DNA of 63,117 bases, filler included, from Klebsormidium nitens (taxonomy: Eukaryota; Plantae; Klebsormidiophyceae): NCBI GenBank assembly GCA_000708835.1. It is 4 parts of 4 records of this genome, joined end to end, with 100 filler letters (N's around TTAATTAATTAA, not from the genome) between each part and the next. Parts side by side here need not be neighbours in the genome. Positions count along the whole stretch, not along the records: positions 59,783 to 63,117 come from DF238168.1; 3 more parts are not named here. One strand, written 5' to 3'. A program made the translations under genes and the position numbers. The notes under the pieces are model-generated. The model ran no database searches, was not told where the DNA came from, and worked only from the letters and a program-made list of their open reading frames with translations. Of this stretch, positions 61,169-63,117 are shown piece by piece. Within the stretch, counting starts at the first letter, position 1, and each line of letters opens with the position of its first letter.

Positions 61169-63117
61169 TCAAATATCAAGCGCTGAGATCAGTAAAGTTG
61201 GGTCAGAAGCCCAGGATCCGTCCCAATGGACTTCATCGACTCTCAAACGGACTTCTTGCAGCCGTTTTTCCAGTTCGTTCCTAGTTGGAAAGATCAAGCC
61301 GCGACCACTTGTGTCTTTGTAACCATCCAGTCCAAGTGTCCGTTTGATGCGACCTATCAACACGTCCTTCTGTTGGGGCGGGTCCTCTTTCGCGCCTTGA
61401 TTATCTATGAAGGATCTGTATGTTCGGAAGATGGTGGCGCTTAGCATCTTTGATTTCGAATCTGCTGAAAAGTTGCCGTTGTCCAGCAGACCGCAAATCA
61501 TTTTAGCCCAATATGGGATTGAGTGCTCCCTGAGAGCAGAGCTCCACTTGCTTACTGGAACTTGCTTGGGGTTCCAGGCATCGATGCCTTCTCTTGACAT
61601 CAAGTACCGGTAGAAGTGTTCAGCTGTAGTGCTGGTGAGGCTTTCACAAAGCCGATTGAAGTACGGTTGATCTCCGATTCTAGAGTCGGAGGCTTCGAAG
61701 CAAGCGTAACGGCGATCAATTGCCTCCTTCTTGATTGGCCAGTCCTCGTTCGTATTAAACCAGTAGTTAGCAAGATCGGGTACTTGAAGGGGATCGATCC
61801 CTTTCTTTTCAAGAATCGTTGTGTCTTGGGTGATCAGGCTTTTCAAACGGTTATTACTCTTGTATGCCCCACCCCAACTGCTCACTTCGTCGAAGCATAC
61901 CAACAGAAGGTTCGCAGCTATTCCATTGAACTTGCCAATCACTTTTTCCATTTCATTGCAATAAAGATAGTATCGAGATCCGATGACATGTTTGCCCACA
62001 AAATCTGTCACAATCGATTTGCCTGCGCCTTGGTCCGATCGAAACACGAGAGCAGTACCTATCTTTTTGAACGGCTTTTGAACAAAATGGGCCAACCAAT
62101 TTAGAATGTACTCCGCCACAGCAGGATCGTTGTCGGCCAATACCTCCTTGATGTGCTTCAAGAGGAGAGCGATCTGTTTCATGTCAACAGGTTGATTCGC
62201 TGCGTAAGCGTAGGGGAACCCGTAGAACAGGTTGTAGTTGTCAGGTGAAACCGCACGAAAGTTCGTTTCGAAGACTACCTTGCTGAGCGTCCTTCTCGCT
62301 GATGACTTGCACCACAGTTTTCCAAGGTTGCCTATCTTCAGGCTGTCCAGATTGAATGATTCGGACCGTTCCAGGAACTCAGCTCTTGTTCGGAGTATGC
62401 TGTCATTTGGCACCCATGCAGTGCCTCTTTCAACGAAAAGGGTCTCAATAAAGAGCACTTTTGAGCTGCCGTCTAGTACACAAAAGTAGTTGTTCATCGT
62501 GTCGATAGCAATCTGTGTGAGTTGTTGGCACATGTTTTGAGACTGCACTTTGTCGAAGTTGCTTTTGCTGCTTGATACGATTCTCTCCGCTTCTTCGATA
62601 GGGCGCAGATCAAACCGTGCTTTGGAATTCAAAAGCGAGGGCCAATGATGCAACCCAAGAAGAACTCTGGGGCGTTCTTTACATCCTGTCGATAGGCAAC
62701 GGTACTCCAATGTGATCCCATTGCTGATCAGGCTGAAGCTGTTGCTCGTGTGTTCCTCTCCATAAGGACATATCCTGCTCTCTTTCACTCTGAACTTTAA
62801 GATGGCTTCCCCATCTCGAAGCTTGATGCCTCTGTAGAAACTCGTTTGATCGTTGCATCTACTTCTCAGTAGCTGCGTAGCAATTTGGATTGCCTTTTCG
62901 GCCTCGATGGAAGAGGTTGCTTGCTGAGACAAGAAATCTGTAGTATTTATCTGCTTTGCCTCTGCTTTACTCACACTTGATGTATTATTCCTGGGGTGTT
63001 TTGTCGACCCCTGGGCAGCTTGCTTTGTGGAGTCTTGAGCGTTCAAGATATCTACGAGCCACAACGGAAGGCAGGCGAGCTTCGTTTTCCAAGGGGACTT
63101 TAGCCATGTGTATGAAT
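61169..63117 (-). CDS. Prim-Pol (mostly outside the window) - Zn finger - DUF5906-type SF3 helicase
   Basis: The frame is open to the right edge: SYTWLKSPWKTKLACLPLWLVDILN matches the Prim-Pol end YTWVTGGNGKINGMPPWLVSLIN of unit 1. ZnF CPYGEEHTSNSF...YRCLSTGC. Walker A SDQGAGKS, Walker B VCFDE, then LKSLIT, EKKGID, FNTN and DRRY. Confidence 0.9.
   Translation of the reverse strand, partial: SYTWLKSPWKTKLACLPLWLVDILNAQDSTKQAAQGSTKHPRNNTSSVSKAEAKQINTTDFLSQQATSSIEAEKAIQIATQLLRSRCNDQTSFYRGIKLRDGEAILKFRVKESRICPYGEEHTSNSFSLISNGITLEYRCLSTGCKERPRVLLGLHHWPSLLNSKARFDLRPIEEAERIVSSSKSNFDKVQSQNMCQQLTQIAIDTMNNYFCVLDGSSKVLFIETLFVERGTAWVPNDSILRTRAEFLERSESFNLDSLKIGNLGKLWCKSSARRTLSKVVFETNFRAVSPDNYNLFYGFPYAYAANQPVDMKQIALLLKHIKEVLADNDPAVAEYILNWLAHFVQKPFKKIGTALVFRSDQGAGKSIVTDFVGKHVIGSRYYLYCNEMEKVIGKFNGIAANLLLVCFDEVSSWGGAYKSNNRLKSLITQDTTILEKKGIDPLQVPDLANYWFNTNEDWPIKKEAIDRRYACFEASDSRIGDQPYFNRLCESLTSTTAEHFYRYLMSREGIDAWNPKQVPVSKWSSALREHSIPYWAKMICGLLDNGNFSADSKSKMLSATIFRTYRSFIDNQGAKEDPPQQKDVLIGRIKRTLGLDGYKDTSGRGLIFPTRNELEKRLQEVRLRVDEVHWDGSWASDPTLLISALDI

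Larger units (their letters stand above)
60077..63117. mobile_element. YR + Prim-Pol/helicase integrative element, unit 2 (convergent layout, ends not defined)
   Basis: The YR and helicase stops are 20 bp apart and both genes are intronless. Confidence 0.65.

Overview
Eukaryotic nuclear DNA with GT-AG introns and six scaffold gaps. A green alga such as Klebsormidium is my inference and cannot be verified here. The window is a dense mosaic of virus-derived and mobile DNA with a few host-type genes. Main signal: two tyrosine-recombinase (YR) genes (34942-35994 and 60077-61148), plus a third YR fragment (24303-24449). Each full YR lies beside a bifunctional Prim-Pol + UL52-type Zn-finger + SF3 helicase gene, and the two helicase modules differ (D5-type vs DUF5906-type). 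No capsid gene is visible, so this resembles a phage-satellite-like integrase-primase-helicase unit. The first unit adjoins Nucleocytoviricota-like genes: an MC1-like DNA-binding protein, a DUF5759-like protein and an intron-containing AEP primase-ZnF-UL9-like helicase. Seven copies of a 66-bp element with 16-bp terminal inverted repeats cluster in and around the introns of that gene. Also present: a CryptonF-type YR transposon, a PIF1 + GIY-YIG element remnant, a SAM-nuclease-fold gene with a possible plastid transit peptide, a Ser/Thr kinase, an SLX1-like gene, Gypsy and TRIM-like remnants and several repeats. All family assignments come from motif recognition by eye; no database search was run.
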